Assembly: GCA_963829055.1 (NCBI GenBank)
Contig: CAWHHI010000009.1
Location: forward strand, 96,001 to 160,000
Source: an uncultured Gemmatimonadaceae bacterium
GTDB lineage: Bacteria; Gemmatimonadota; Gemmatimonadetes; Gemmatimonadales; Gemmatimonadaceae
DNA length: 64,000 nucleotides
Direction of reading: 5' to 3'
Under the pieces are notes generated by a model, which did no database searches, was not told where the DNA came from, and saw only the letters and a list, made by a program, of their open reading frames with translations. Shown one piece after another: positions 46,119-57,406 of this stretch. The position numbers and the translations under genes were made by a program. Numbering within the stretch: position 1 is the first letter of the stretch; each line of letters starts with the position of its first letter.

Positions 46119-46586
46119 TTAGGCGGGCAACGAGAGGCCGAGCCATTGCGTGACAGCCCACCGGTGGCTCGGATGCGCGAGCTGCGTGATTGCCTCTTGC
46201 GGAGTCACCCAGACGAGCTCGTGATCCGCCTCGCTGCCGGCAGCGCCGGCGGCGGAGACGCTGACGTCGAGAAACGTGCTGCGCTTCTCGAAATGCGTGT
46301 GCTCCGTCGTCGAGTAGACGAAATCGACTGCACGTGCACTCCACGATCCGACGCGGACGTCGAGTCCACACTCTTCGCGCATCTCGCGCACGACCGCGTC
46401 ATGCGGTGTCTCCCCCGGCTCGATGCCACCACCGGCGAGGAACAGTCCCTGAGGCGTGCGGACAACCGCGATGCGCCCCATGACATCCGCCGCGAGGCCG
46501 TAGGCACTCGGCCTGACTGTCGCCACGGCACCAACCGGCGGATGCCCGAACACTGGAACGTCTCCCCGCTCGGGTAGTCTGGTCAT
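46119..46586 (-). CDS. NUDIX hydrolase
   Basis: Nudix box GGGIEPGETPHDAVVREMREECG. Confidence 0.88.
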   Translation of the reverse strand: MTRLPERGDVPVFGHPPVGAVATVRPSAYGLAADVMGRIAVVRTPQGLFLAGGGIEPGETPHDAVVREMREECGLDVRVGSWSARAVDFVYSTTEHTHFEKRSTFLDVSVSAAGAAGSEADHELVWVTPQEAITQLAHPSHRWAVTQWLGLSLPA

Positions 46587-46642
46587 GCCAGGCCGTGCCT
46601 TCGAATCACGAGAGAGACTGGCCCCTCTACCGCTACGATCGC

Positions 46643-46701
46643 GATTCCTCGACTGCGGCCTGCGGCCTCCGCTCGGAATGACAAACCCGCTCGGAATGAC
46701 A
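46643..46701. repeat. REP-like half elements related to the 20045 element
   Basis: GATTCCTCG...CGCTCGGAATGACA followed by a second CGCTCGGAATGACA; compare GATCCCTCG...CGCTCGGGATGACA at 20124-20153. Confidence 0.7.
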
Positions 46702-46705
46702 ACGC

Positions 46706-48118
46706 CTACGCGATTGGCCCTCCGCTGAGCCGCTTCACCAGCTCGTAGAGGAACGTCTGCCCCTGATAGAACGACTGCACTTTGACTCGTTCGTCGCGAC
46801 CATGGAATCGGATGTCATCGCGATCGTAGAAGATGCCCTGCACCCCATAGGTCGGAATTCCGGCCGGTCGCAGATACATGCCGTCGGTCCCACCCATCAC
46901 CATCATCGGAACCGCCGGAACGCCGGGCCACAGCGAGTTCGTCAAATCGGTGACCGCCGTCATCAGATCGTCGCGCATTGGCGAGGGTGCGCCGCCCTGC
47001 GGCGTGCCCTCGACCGTCACCGTGACCGCGCTGTCCGCGAATACCTGCTTCAGCGCCGACGTGACGTAGTCGACGCGGTCCTCCGGCAGCACTCGGCAGT
47101 TGACGTTGGCCGCCGCGAGCTGTGGCAGCGCGTTCTTCGCGTGCCCGCCCTCGAGCAGCGTCGCGACACACGTCGTGCGCAGCGTCGCGTTCCACGCCGT
47201 GGACGCGCGCGCAACGCGAGTCATCGCCGCGGTGTCTCCGTCGGCCACCTTCGCGAGGTCGGCGCTGATCGCGCCCTTCTCGATCTTCGACATCGCGCGG
47301 AAGTACGCCTTCGTGACGTCGTTGGTCTTGAGTGGGAAACCGAATCGGGACATCCGGTCGAGCGCGCCGGCGAGGTGGTAGATCGCGTTGTCCGCCACGG
47401 GCAGCGAGCTGTGTCCGCCCTTGTTGTGGACCTCGAGCCGGTAGTTGATGACGTACTTCTCGCTCACCTGCACGTCGTTCGAGAGCCGTGTGTCGCCTAA
47501 CGCCTCGCCCCAGCCGCCTTCGTTGAGGCAGAGCTCGGCGTCGATCAACTCCCGTTTGTTCTTGAGCAGCCACTGCGCGCCGTTGTACGGGCCACCGCCT
47601 TCCTCGTCCGCCGTGAGCGCGACGATGATGTCGCGATCGGGCTTGTACCCTTCGCGCTTGTAGCGAATCAGGTTCGCGATCCAGATCGCCGCCTGCGCCT
47701 TGTCGTCACCCACGCCTCGGCCGTAGAAGTAGCCGTCCTTCTCGGTGAGCGTGTACGGGTCCATGCTCCAGTCCTCGCGCTTCGCTTCCACGACATCCGT
47801 GTGCGCGAGCAGGAGGATGGGACGCCGCCGCCCGGTGCCGTGATACCGCACGACGAGATTCGCCTTCGTCGGACTCGCGCCACCGACGAAGATGTCCGCC
47901 GCTGGGAATCCAGCGGCCTTCAATCGCCGAGCGACGGCTTCCGCGAGCGGCGTGGTGGCGCCCGTCGTGTAGCCGGTCTTGATCTCGATCATCTCCTTGT
48001 AGATCGCGCGCGCCAACTGGCGCTCGCTCTCGGGCGGCATGGTGCGATCCTGCGCGGCCGCGGCGGTGGCGGAGAGCACGGCGCAAAGGGCAGCGCGGGC
48101 GACGATGCGGGGAATCAT
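46706..48118 (-). CDS. M20/M25/M40 family metallopeptidase, secreted
   Basis: LLAHTDVV, YGRGVGDDK, TADEE, LNEGG, GGHSS, GGTDG, HGRDER. Confidence 0.9.
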   Translation of the reverse strand: MIPRIVARAALCAVLSATAAAAQDRTMPPESERQLARAIYKEMIEIKTGYTTGATTPLAEAVARRLKAAGFPAADIFVGGASPTKANLVVRYHGTGRRRPILLLAHTDVVEAKREDWSMDPYTLTEKDGYFYGRGVGDDKAQAAIWIANLIRYKREGYKPDRDIIVALTADEEGGGPYNGAQWLLKNKRELIDAELCLNEGGWGEALGDTRLSNDVQVSEKYVINYRLEVHNKGGHSSLPVADNAIYHLAGALDRMSRFGFPLKTNDVTKAYFRAMSKIEKGAISADLAKVADGDTAAMTRVARASTAWNATLRTTCVATLLEGGHAKNALPQLAAANVNCRVLPEDRVDYVTSALKQVFADSAVTVTVEGTPQGGAPSPMRDDLMTAVTDLTNSLWPGVPAVPMMVMGGTDGMYLRPAGIPTYGVQGIFYDRDDIRFHGRDERVKVQSFYQGQTFLYELVKRLSGGPIA

Positions 48119-48337
48119 GGAGCGTCCTGGTAAGGGGCCGGTCGGGAACAGTCTGGCACGTCTGGGCGACATGGTGGCAGCACGGCGGGGGATAGCGGGA
48201 GCATAGCATAGCGCTTTCGGCGGGGCATGGCCAGTCGTTAGGCATCCCCTCTCATCACCAAGGGGGCTAATGGTGGAGCCAGCCGTGCGACACCGCGCCT
48301 CCCCACGTGCGGTTCAGTCATACCCGGTTTGGTTTGG

Positions 48338-48366
48338 TTGACACATCCATCCGGACGGGATATTCG
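48338..48366 (+). promoter_or_regulatory. Candidate sigma70 promoter for the second susC/D operon
   Basis: TTGACA-17 nt-TATTCG; perfect -35, weak -10. Confidence 0.4.
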
Positions 48367-48711
48367 TAGCGCCCCGGATCGGTGATCCGCGAAGCAGCAG
48401 CAGCAGGAGCAGGAGAGCGTGCAATGGGTCGACCCACTCGTCCCCATCTGTCAGTACCAAACGCTTCGTTGGTGTGCCCGCACGTGCGCGCGCTCATCGC
48501 GCCGCGTGGCCGGAGCCCACCTCCCCGTGAAAGCGGACTCGACGGGCCACAGGCAAACGGCCCGTGTCCGACGCGAGCGTCCGGACGACACCCCGACGTT
48601 CGTGCCTAACGTGGACAAGGCATTGCCACTGACGACCGGTACGCGTACGCGAACGAGGGATGCAGGTGCAGTTGAGAAACCCCATTCCCAGTTGTGTGGA
48701 AGGAGGATGTG

Positions 48712-51597
48712 ATGCACGATCGCGGTCATTCGGGATTGATAGTCAGAACGGCGGTAGTACTCCTTGCTTGCGTGGCGCCACCCGCACTCGCCCAGACGGG
48801 ATCCGTCACCGGCACCGTGGTAGAGGCCAGCGGCGGCCGCCCCATCGTGGGTGCACAAGTGTCCGTGAGAGGCACCGGTCTCGCGACACAAGCCGGTGAA
48901 GGCGGCAGGTTCACGATCGCGAACATCCCAGCGGGGCCGCACGTCATTGCGGTTCGTCAGATCGGGTTCGCCGCCGGGGAGAAGCCGGTCACGATCGTAG
49001 CCGGCCAACGAGACACGGTCGACTTCGCGCTCGCCGCGCAGGCGGTCTCATTGCACGAGGTCGTCGTCACGGGGACAGCGACGGCGACGGAAGTTCGCAA
49101 AGTCGGAAACTCGGTGGCGAGCCTGAACGTGACCGACATCGCCGAGAAGGCACCGATTCTCAGCGTCGATCAGTTGCTCAAGGGACGCACCGCCGGCGTG
49201 ATCATGAACGTCACGCAGGGGTCGGTCGGCACATCGGGACAGATCAAGATTCGCGGTACGAAGTCGATCTCGCTGCCGAGCGATCCCGCGCTCTACATCG
49301 ATGGCGTGAAGGTCAACAACGCCGAAGACCGCGCGTTCTTCATCGGCGGCGCCGGGATCAACCGCATCGGGGACATCAACCCCTCCGACATCGACCGCAT
49401 CGAGGTGGTACGCGGTGCGGCGGCCGCAACGCTCTATGGGACGCAGGGCTCGAACGGGGTGATCCAGATCTTCACGAAGAGGGGGCGCACCGGAAAGCCG
49501 GAGTGGCTCTTCGAAGGAGAAGGCGGCTTCGAGCGGGCACCAACGAATCGCTTCCCGGGGCGGCTCTGGACGCAGTTCACCGGGCCGAACGGGTTCCAGG
49601 CTCACGACCCGAAGGAGATCGTGGGCAACGGCCGCTACGAACGCTATCTGGCGCAGGTGTCCGGGGGCGGGGAAGCCGTCACCTACTTCACTTCGCTGAA
49701 CTATCAGGGCCAGGAGGCGTCGATCGCGCCTGACGCGAACTGGAGCCACGTGCTCGGATCGCGCGTCAATCTGAATGCGATCCTGACGCCGAAGTTGTCG
49801 CTGTCGGCGCGGACCGCCTTCACGTTCAACAAGCTCCGTATCAACGACACCGACAATGCGCTGCACGGTCTCTACTCGCAGGTCGTGGCCGGCCTGCCCT
49901 ATAGCGCGGCGCCGGACCGGCTGTGGGGGGAACGGTTCGGCAATTTCTACGCGAATCAGACCGTCGAGAACATCCGGCACACGCTGCGGAACACGACCGG
50001 CATCACGGGCGAGTGGCGGCCGCGCACGAACTTCACGCATTCGGCCACGTTAGGCATCGACTGGTTCGACGATGAGTTCCTGAAGTACTTCCCGTACGCC
50101 TATCAGGGGTCGGGGAACAAGCTCGGCTCCAAGACCAACGCCACCCGCTCGTTCCGCGAGGTCACGTTCGACTACAAGACGTCGCTCAGCAACACGCTCG
50201 CGCAGTGGGCGACGTCCGAGCTGTCGGTGGGTGCGCAGGGCGACTTCCAGTCGCAGAACCGCGTGACGGGGATCGGGACGGACTTCCCGGCTCCCGGCGT
50301 GCGCACCGTTTCCGCCGCGGCGACGCGAACCGCCACGGAGGATCGTCTCGAGACGACGAACGCCGGCCTGTTCCTTCAGGAGACGGTCGGACTGTGGGAC
50401 AAGGTGTTCGTCACGGGCGGACTGCGGATCGATGGCAACTCGGCGTTCGGAAACGATTTCAAGTACCAGACGTACCCGAAGGCGTCGCTCGCGTACTCGA
50501 TCTCGGACGAGCGCTTCTGGCCCACCTCGGTGGTGCCCACAATGAAGTTGCGCGTGGCGTACGGCACGTCGGGGCAGGCGCCCGCGCAGTTCGCCGCCGA
50601 CCGCACCTACACACCGACGTCGGCCCAAAACGGCCAGCCCGCTGTCACTCCCAACAACCTCGGCGATCCGAACCTCGGGCCGGAAACATCGAGCGAGCTC
50701 GAGTTCGGCTTCGACGCGGGATTTCTGGGTGATCGCGTCGGTATCGAGTTCACTGGATACTACCAGACCACTAACGACGCGCTGATTCGCAAGCCGGAGC
50801 CGCCGTCGCTCGGCTTCCTGAATTCGCAGCTGACGAACATCGGTCAGACGAAGAGCCACGGGATCGAGCTCGCCGTTAACGGGTTCCTCCTCCGCCGAAA
50901 GGACATGGAGTGGAGCTCGCGCGTGAACTTCGCGACGTTCACGAGTGAGATCACCGACATGGGCGGAGTCGCGCCGTTCTTCGTGAACGATGCGCGCATC
51001 GTCCAGGGCTACCCGGTCAACGCGATCTGGCGCATCCCACTGCAGAGTTGGGACCCCGTCACGCGACGGCACACCGCCGCGATCGACCGTGTGTTCGCCG
51101 GTTCCATCGATCCGAAGTGGTTCGGTTCACTCTCGACCAACTACCGGCTCGGCCGCTTCACGGTCACCGGCATGGCCGACTTCCAGGGCGGCAACAAGAA
51201 GATCGACTTCTCGCACTACTGGGACACGCGGGTCCGATCCGGCGACCACTACCTGTCGCTCGTCGAGAAGCCGACGGGAAAGCCGACGCCCGCTGCGGAC
51301 TCGCTCGTCGACTACGTGAACACGATCGGCAGCACGGTATTCGTCGAACCGGGGGACTTCATCTCGCTGAGCGAGCTGGCGCTGAGCTACAGCATCCCTG
51401 ATGGGTTGATCCGCAGCACCGGATTCCGGGGAGCGAGCCTGCGCCTCTCCGGCCGCAACCTCTACCTCTGGACGAAGTTCCCCGGCGTGGATCCGCGGTT
51501 GGCCTGGCAGGGCAACGTCCCGGTGGGCGGTAGCTCGGACTTCGATTCTCCGCCGGTACCGCGAGTCTTCCTCATCACCGTGCGGGCGTCCCGATGA
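48712..51597 (+). CDS. SusC/RagA-like TonB-dependent transporter
   Basis: RBS AGGAGG; LHEVVVTGT, NPSDIDRIEVVRGAAAATLYGTQGSNGVIQIFTKRG, LGPETSSELE. Confidence 0.92.
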   Translation: MHDRGHSGLIVRTAVVLLACVAPPALAQTGSVTGTVVEASGGRPIVGAQVSVRGTGLATQAGEGGRFTIANIPAGPHVIAVRQIGFAAGEKPVTIVAGQRDTVDFALAAQAVSLHEVVVTGTATATEVRKVGNSVASLNVTDIAEKAPILSVDQLLKGRTAGVIMNVTQGSVGTSGQIKIRGTKSISLPSDPALYIDGVKVNNAEDRAFFIGGAGINRIGDINPSDIDRIEVVRGAAAATLYGTQGSNGVIQIFTKRGRTGKPEWLFEGEGGFERAPTNRFPGRLWTQFTGPNGFQAHDPKEIVGNGRYERYLAQVSGGGEAVTYFTSLNYQGQEASIAPDANWSHVLGSRVNLNAILTPKLSLSARTAFTFNKLRINDTDNALHGLYSQVVAGLPYSAAPDRLWGERFGNFYANQTVENIRHTLRNTTGITGEWRPRTNFTHSATLGIDWFDDEFLKYFPYAYQGSGNKLGSKTNATRSFREVTFDYKTSLSNTLAQWATSELSVGAQGDFQSQNRVTGIGTDFPAPGVRTVSAAATRTATEDRLETTNAGLFLQETVGLWDKVFVTGGLRIDGNSAFGNDFKYQTYPKASLAYSISDERFWPTSVVPTMKLRVAYGTSGQAPAQFAADRTYTPTSAQNGQPAVTPNNLGDPNLGPETSSELEFGFDAGFLGDRVGIEFTGYYQTTNDALIRKPEPPSLGFLNSQLTNIGQTKSHGIELAVNGFLLRRKDMEWSSRVNFATFTSEITDMGGVAPFFVNDARIVQGYPVNAIWRIPLQSWDPVTRRHTAAIDRVFAGSIDPKWFGSLSTNYRLGRFTVTGMADFQGGNKKIDFSHYWDTRVRSGDHYLSLVEKPTGKPTPAADSLVDYVNTIGSTVFVEPGDFISLSELALSYSIPDGLIRSTGFRGASLRLSGRNLYLWTKFPGVDPRLAWQGNVPVGGSSDFDSPPVPRVFLITVRASR

Positions 51598-51641
51598 TGA
51601 TCAATCCCTCAACGAGCCCTCGCTGCACAGAGGATCACGTC

Positions 51642-52886
51642 ATGACGCTTGAATCCCCGATTCGATCCCCGATTCGATCTCCGAAGGTCGTGCGACGCCT
51701 GCTTGGCTTCCTCTCGCTGGCGCTCACGTTAGGCGCCTGCAAGGATATCCTCGAGGTGAGCAACGAGCAGGACATTCTCGACCAGAACCTCGACTCGCCC
51801 GAAGCGGTGACGCCGCTCATGAACGGCGTGATCGGCGACTATGCGCTCGCCTACGCGTATTCGATCGACATCGTCGGGCTGTTCGGGCAGGAGCTCATTC
51901 ATACCGGCTCGTTCCCGACGTGGCGTGAGGTGGAGAGCGGGATCGGCACGCGCCCCAGCGCGGAGGCCAACACGGTCTACCGGAACGCCTCGCGTGCGGT
52001 CTGGGTGGCTGACACCGCCGCGGTCCGCTTTCGCAAGGCGCTGCCTGATGCCGAGAAGCGCTTCGAGCTGGCGACCGTGCTGGTGTGGGGCGGATTCGCC
52101 CACTTCCAGCTGGCCGACAACTTCTGCGAGGTCACGTTCCACGGCGGTCCACCGGTCACGCCGAAGGCCGCGTACGAGCGCGCCAGGGGAATCTTCGACG
52201 ACGCGCTCACGGTGGCCACCGCGGCCAACCGGGCCGAGTTGCGGAGCGCGGCGTTAGGCGGCCGGGCCAGGGTGAAGCTCATGCTCGGCGATTTCGCCGG
52301 GGCGCGCGCCGACGCACAGCAGGTCCCGGTGGGCTTCGTGCTCCGCGCACTGTACGGCAATAACACGCGCGAGAACAATGCGGTGGCGATCAATGCCACC
52401 ACGCTGATTCGCCGGGAGGCCGGCGTGAACCCGCGTTTCTACAAGGGCGATCCGCGTTACAAGACGGACCCGCGCACGTCGTTCCGCGACAAGGGCGATA
52501 CGGCGAAGGGTCCCGATCCGACGCGACAGTTCGTGGAGCAGCTCAAGTACCCGGCCCGGGATACGCCGATTCCGGTGTTCACATGGCAGGAGGCGCGCTT
52601 GATCGAGGCCGAGGCGGAGATCCGGTTGAACAACCCGACGCGCGCGGTGACGTTGATCAACCTGGTGCGCGCCGCGGCGAACCTTCCGGCGTACACGGGG
52701 CCGGCGACCCAACAGGCGGTGCTGGACCAGCTCATCTACGAGCGATCAGCGGAGCTGTGGCTTCAGGCGCAGAGTCTCAACGACTGGCGGAGGTTCAATC
52801 TCACGTTCACGCCGCAGCCGAGAGACAAGTGCTTCGAGATCGGCCAGTCGGAGTGGGAGACCAACCCGAACCTCGGCGCGAAGTAG
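51642..52886 (+). CDS. SusD/RagB-like lipoprotein
   Basis: Lipobox LGAC; EARLIEAEA, INLVRAAA, ERSAELWLQAQSLNDWRR, EWETNPN. Confidence 0.88.
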   Translation: MTLESPIRSPIRSPKVVRRLLGFLSLALTLGACKDILEVSNEQDILDQNLDSPEAVTPLMNGVIGDYALAYAYSIDIVGLFGQELIHTGSFPTWREVESGIGTRPSAEANTVYRNASRAVWVADTAAVRFRKALPDAEKRFELATVLVWGGFAHFQLADNFCEVTFHGGPPVTPKAAYERARGIFDDALTVATAANRAELRSAALGGRARVKLMLGDFAGARADAQQVPVGFVLRALYGNNTRENNAVAINATTLIRREAGVNPRFYKGDPRYKTDPRTSFRDKGDTAKGPDPTRQFVEQLKYPARDTPIPVFTWQEARLIEAEAEIRLNNPTRAVTLINLVRAAANLPAYTGPATQQAVLDQLIYERSAELWLQAQSLNDWRRFNLTFTPQPRDKCFEIGQSEWETNPNLGAK

Positions 52887-52899
52887 CCGCTGCGACGGG

Positions 52900-52979
52900 A
52901 ATTGGGGTCAGACTCGAGTCTGACCCCAATTACGTAGCAACAGAATGATACAGACGGGGTCAGACTCGAGTCTGACCCC
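52900..52979. repeat. Two perfect palindromes with core GGGGTCAGACTCGAGTCTGACCCC (REP doublet)
   Basis: 32-bp perfect palindrome 52900-52931 and 24-bp copy 52956-52979 just after the susD stop. Confidence 0.9.
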
Positions 52980-53187
52980 AACTCGCACGGTCTCCTCGGC
53001 ACATACCATAGGGCGCGGTCCGCGGCGGCCGACGCCTAACGTTTGGCGCCGGGCCGCTGGCCGGGCGTGAGCACAGCCGCCCGCAGGGTCGGCGGGGACC
53101 AGTGACGTCCGATGCGCGAGGGCGTCGGAGACAGTATGTTCTCGTCTCCGACGCCCCACCGCCATCGATGATGCCAGGACACCCGCC

Positions 53188-56100
53188 ATGAGCGCCGTAC
53201 TGCCGACCCAACTGCAGAAGACGCTCGGCGACGCGTACCGACTGGAGCGCGAGCTCGGGGGCGGCGGCATGAGCCGCGTCTTCGTCGCGGAAGAGGTGCG
53301 GCTCGAGCGAAAGGTCGTGGTAAAAGTGCTGTCGCCGGATCTGGCGCAGGGGCTGAGCGCCGAGCGGTTCGAGCGCGAGATCAGAACGGTCGCGGGCCTC
53401 CAGCAGGCGAACATCGTCCCGGTGCTCACCGCGGGCGAGACGGACGGGCTCCCGTTCTACACGATGCCGTTCGTCGAAGGCGAATCGCTCCGCGCGCACC
53501 TCGCCCGGGGTCCGCTCGCCATCGGCGAGGTCGTCAGCGTGCTGAAGGACGTGACGAAGGCGCTCGCGTACGCGCACCAGCGCGGCGTGGTCCACCGCGA
53601 CATCAAGCCCGACAACGTGCTGCTCTCGGGCGGCACGGCGGTCGTGACCGATTTCGGAATTGCCAAGGCGATCGCGCCGCGAAGCAAGGCGTTGGTCCTG
53701 ACGGGACTCCCGACGGGCGTACTGACGCAGCTCGGCACATCGATCGGCACGCCGGCGTACATGGCGCCGGAGCAGGCCGCGGGTGACGCCGAACGTCGAT
53801 CATCGCGCCGACATCTACGCACTCGGCGCGATGGCGTACGAGCTCCTCTCGGGCCATCTCGTTTTTCCTGACCGAACGCCGCAGCGCATGCTCGCCGCCC
53901 ACATGAGCGAGCAGCCGCGCGCCGATCGCGACGCTCCGCGCCGACGTGCCCGCGCCGCTCGCGGAGCTCGTGATGCGCTGCCTGGCCAAGGATCCGTCGG
54001 ACCGGCCGCAGTCGGCGAGCGACATCGTGCGTGCGCTGGACGACGATGTCGAGCGGAGGCGGGACGCAGGCGATGCCGCCGATCCTGCTCGGCGGTCCGG
54101 GAATGTTTGCGAAGGCGCTCGCGATCTACGCGGCGGCGTTCGTGGTGGTGGCCGATCGTCGCGAAGGCGGCGATCGTCGGTATCGGACTGCCCGACTGGG
54201 TGTTCCCCGGCTCGCTCTTCGTGATGGCGCTCGGACTGCCCGTGGTGCTGTGGACCGGGTACGTGCAGCGGGTCACGCGACGCGCGATGACGGCGACGCC
54301 GACGTACACGCCGGGCGGTACGCCGTCGACGACGCACGGCACGATGGCGAACATCGCGCTCAAGGCCGCGCCGCACGTGAGCTGGTACCGCACGGCGCGG
54401 GGCGGGATGTACGCGGTGGGCGCGTTCGTCCTGATGATCGCCGCGTTCATGATACTGCGCGCGTTAGGCATCGGGCCGTTCGGCTCACTGCTCGCGGCGG
54501 GCCGGCTGAACCGGCGCGATCGGATTCTGCTCACCGACTTCCGCACGACGAACGTCGACTCCGCGCTCGGTCGCGTGGTGAGCGACGCGGTTCGCGCCGG
54601 GCTCGTCGGGATCGTCCGCGTTCACGCTCGTGCAGCCCGCGCAGATCGTGTCGGCGCTCACGCTCATGAAGCGTGCGCCGGGCACGCGCGTCGACTCCGG
54701 CGTCGCTCGGGAGATCGCCCAGCGCGAGGGGATGAAGGCCATCATCGATGGCGACGTCACGGGCGTGCCGGGCGGCTACATCGTCGCGATCCGCCTCGTG
54801 CGCGCCGATTCCGGCATCGAGCTCGCGTCGTTTCGCGAAACGGGCGACGGGCCGCGAGGGCTGATCGACGCGGCCGACAAGCTCGCGCGCGCGCTGCGGA
54901 GCAAGGCGGGTGAGTCGCTGCGCGCCGTGAACGCGACGCCATCACTCGCCGCAGGCCACCACGAGCTCTCTCGACGCGCTCCGAAAGTACAGTGAGGCCG
55001 TGAGGCTCAACTCCCTCGGCGACGTCGCGAGCGGTCGCGGTCGCGCGCGAGGCCGTCGCGCTCGATTCCACGTTCGCGTCGGCGTGGAGCCTGCTCGGCG
55101 CGACGTTGTCGAACAACGGGCGCAGCCCGCTCGTCCATCGACTCGGCGCTCACACAGGCGTATCGGTACCGGGAGCGACTTCCAGCCGGCGAGCGCGACA
55201 GGGTCACCGCGCGGTACTTCGCTCTGGGCCCTGGGCGAGACCGCGCGAAGGCGATCGCCGCCTACGAGGCCATCCTCCAGCGCGGCGACAGCAATCCGGG
55301 CGTGATGGTCAACCTCGGCGAGCAGCTTCGAAGCCGCCGGGAGTACGCGCGCGCGGAGTCGCTGAACATCGCCGCTGCGAGTCGCGATCCGGGCTCTGCG
55401 AGCGCGCTCGGGAACGCCATCGAATTGCAGATCGACCAGGGGAAGTTCGACGACGCCGCAGCGACGATCGCCCGGCTCGAGCAATTATCGCGGGGGTATG
55501 GCGTAGCCCGCCGGATGTCCCTGGCGTTCGCGCGAGGAGACTACCGGACATTTCGATCGCTCACCGATAGCACGATGGGCGCAGGGCCCGAGGCGCGAGC
55601 GCGCATCGGGTTGGGCGGAGCCCGGTCCCTGGCGCGCCTCGAGGGACGGCTACGCGACTATGCGGTGCTCACGAAGGAAGACAGCGCCGGTTGGCGGAGC
55701 GCACGAGCCGGATGGGAAGGTTCGCGAGATCTCGATCGAGATGGTGATCAAGGGCCCATCGGCCGCCGGGGTCGCGGGGCTCGACAGCGCAATCGCGCGC
55801 GTGCCGTTTCGCGAGCTGCCGATGATCGACCGTCCGTATCTCTCGTCGGCGACCGCGCTCGCGCGCGCCGGCAACGCGGCCAAGGCGCGCGCAATGCTCG
55901 CCCGCTATCGAACCGAGATGACGGACACGTCGATCCGCCGCGAGCAGGAGCCGGAGCTGCATCGCACGCTGGCCGAGATCGCGCTCGCCGAGGGGAAGCC
56001 GCGCGACGCATTGGATGAGTTTCGACGCGGCGACGTGACGTACGACGGAGCGCCCGCGGACGAATGCGGCGCGTGCCTGGCGCTCGACCTCGCGCGCGCC

Positions 56101-56388
56101 TACGACGCCGCGGGAAAACCTGACTCCGCGGCCGCGTATTTCGAGAAGTATCTGGCGACGCCGTACTGGCTCAAGGCGGACCCGGACATGGATCCGGTCC
56201 GGCTGCCGGCGATTCGCGAGCGGCTGGGCCAGTTGTACGAGTCGCTGGGCAATACGCAGAAGGCGGCCGATGAGTACCGCGCATTCATCGAGCTCTGGAA
56301 GAACGCGGACCCGGAGCTTCAGCCGCGCGTCGCCGATGCACGGCAGCGGCTTGCGAAGCTGACGCCGGTAGAGAAGCCGCGGCCCTGA
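53188..56388 (+). CDS. Ser/Thr protein kinase with TM helices and TPR domain, multiple frameshifts
   Basis: ELGGGGMSRVF, HRDIKPDN, DFGIAK, GTPAYMAPE; ILRALGIGPFGSL; C-terminal FIELWKNADPELQPRV. Confidence 0.85.
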
Positions 56389-56424
56389 TCAGGTGCTCAG
56401 TCAGAACCGAGGAGCGCAAACGAA

Positions 56425-57345
56425 ATGACGACGCGCAGAGAAGCCATTGGCATCCTTGGATCGATCTCGGTCGGATCGCTGTTGGCAGTACCGAAGCTCG
56501 GACTCGCGTCATTGATCGCGCCGCAATCGGGCGCGTCATCGTTACAGCGCGATTCCACGCCGCCGCTCGCGCCGGGCGCGCCGACGTCCCCGGAGCGGCT
56601 CGCGCTCATCGACGCCTTCAAGAAGTCGTCTGACGGAATCCCGCAGAAGTTCGAGGCGCGAACTCACAAGAGCGAGTGGACGATGCCGTACCGCCTGTTC
56701 CGGCCTAACGTGACCGGCAAGCTGCCGCTCGTGCTGTATCTGCACGGCAGCGGCGGATCCGGCGACGACAACCAGAAGCAGCTGGGACTCGGCAACATCT
56801 TCGGCACGCGCGTGTGGGCGCTTCCGGAAAACCAGAAGACGTTCCCGTGCTACGTCGTCGCCCCGCAGACCGACCGGGGCTGGATGAACTACGGCCCACC
56901 CAGCCCCGGCGACTCGGTGGCGAGGCTCATCCCCGGGTTGGGCGACGGCGCCCGCGTCGCGTTCGAGCTCGTGGACGCGCTGCGCAGGGAGCTCGACATC
57001 GACGAGCGGCGCATCTACATCACCGGACAGTCGATGGGCGGCGGCGGTGTGTGGCACATGACCGCGCATCGCCCGCGCTTTTTCGCCGCGGCGGTCACCT
57101 GCTGCGGCAGTGCGACGCGCGAGGACGCCACGCAATCAGCCGCGACGCCGGTGTGGAACTTCCACGGCGACGCCGACAAGACCGTTCCTCTCGCCGTGTC
57201 GCGCGACCGCATCGCCGCACTGAAGAAGGCGGGCAGCCACCCACTGCACACGGAGTACGCCGGCGTCGGCCACAACTCCTGGGAGTGGGCGTACACCGAG
57301 CCAGCGCTGGTCAGATGGATGTTCTCCAACCGCCGGCCAGCCTGA
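56425..57345 (+). CDS. Tat-exported alpha/beta hydrolase (predicted peptidase/esterase)
   Basis: TRREAI; PYRLF, LYLHGSG, ITGQSMGG, FHGDADKTV, VGHNSW. Confidence 0.85.
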   Translation: MTTRREAIGILGSISVGSLLAVPKLGLASLIAPQSGASSLQRDSTPPLAPGAPTSPERLALIDAFKKSSDGIPQKFEARTHKSEWTMPYRLFRPNVTGKLPLVLYLHGSGGSGDDNQKQLGLGNIFGTRVWALPENQKTFPCYVVAPQTDRGWMNYGPPSPGDSVARLIPGLGDGARVAFELVDALRRELDIDERRIYITGQSMGGGGVWHMTAHRPRFFAAAVTCCGSATREDATQSAATPVWNFHGDADKTVPLAVSRDRIAALKKAGSHPLHTEYAGVGHNSWEWAYTEPALVRWMFSNRRPA

Positions 57346-57406
57346 TCGCGCGACGAGCATAACGCGCGATCGGCGTCGCGTGCGATCGGCCGAACGCAGG
57401 CCATGC

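Noticed and set aside
48545..48630. c-di-GMP-I riboswitch-like words (GGCAAAC..GACGC..CCTAA..TTGCC)
   Set aside because: The GNRA-capped P2 stem and correct spacing are missing, and CCTAA is explained by the genome-wide motif.
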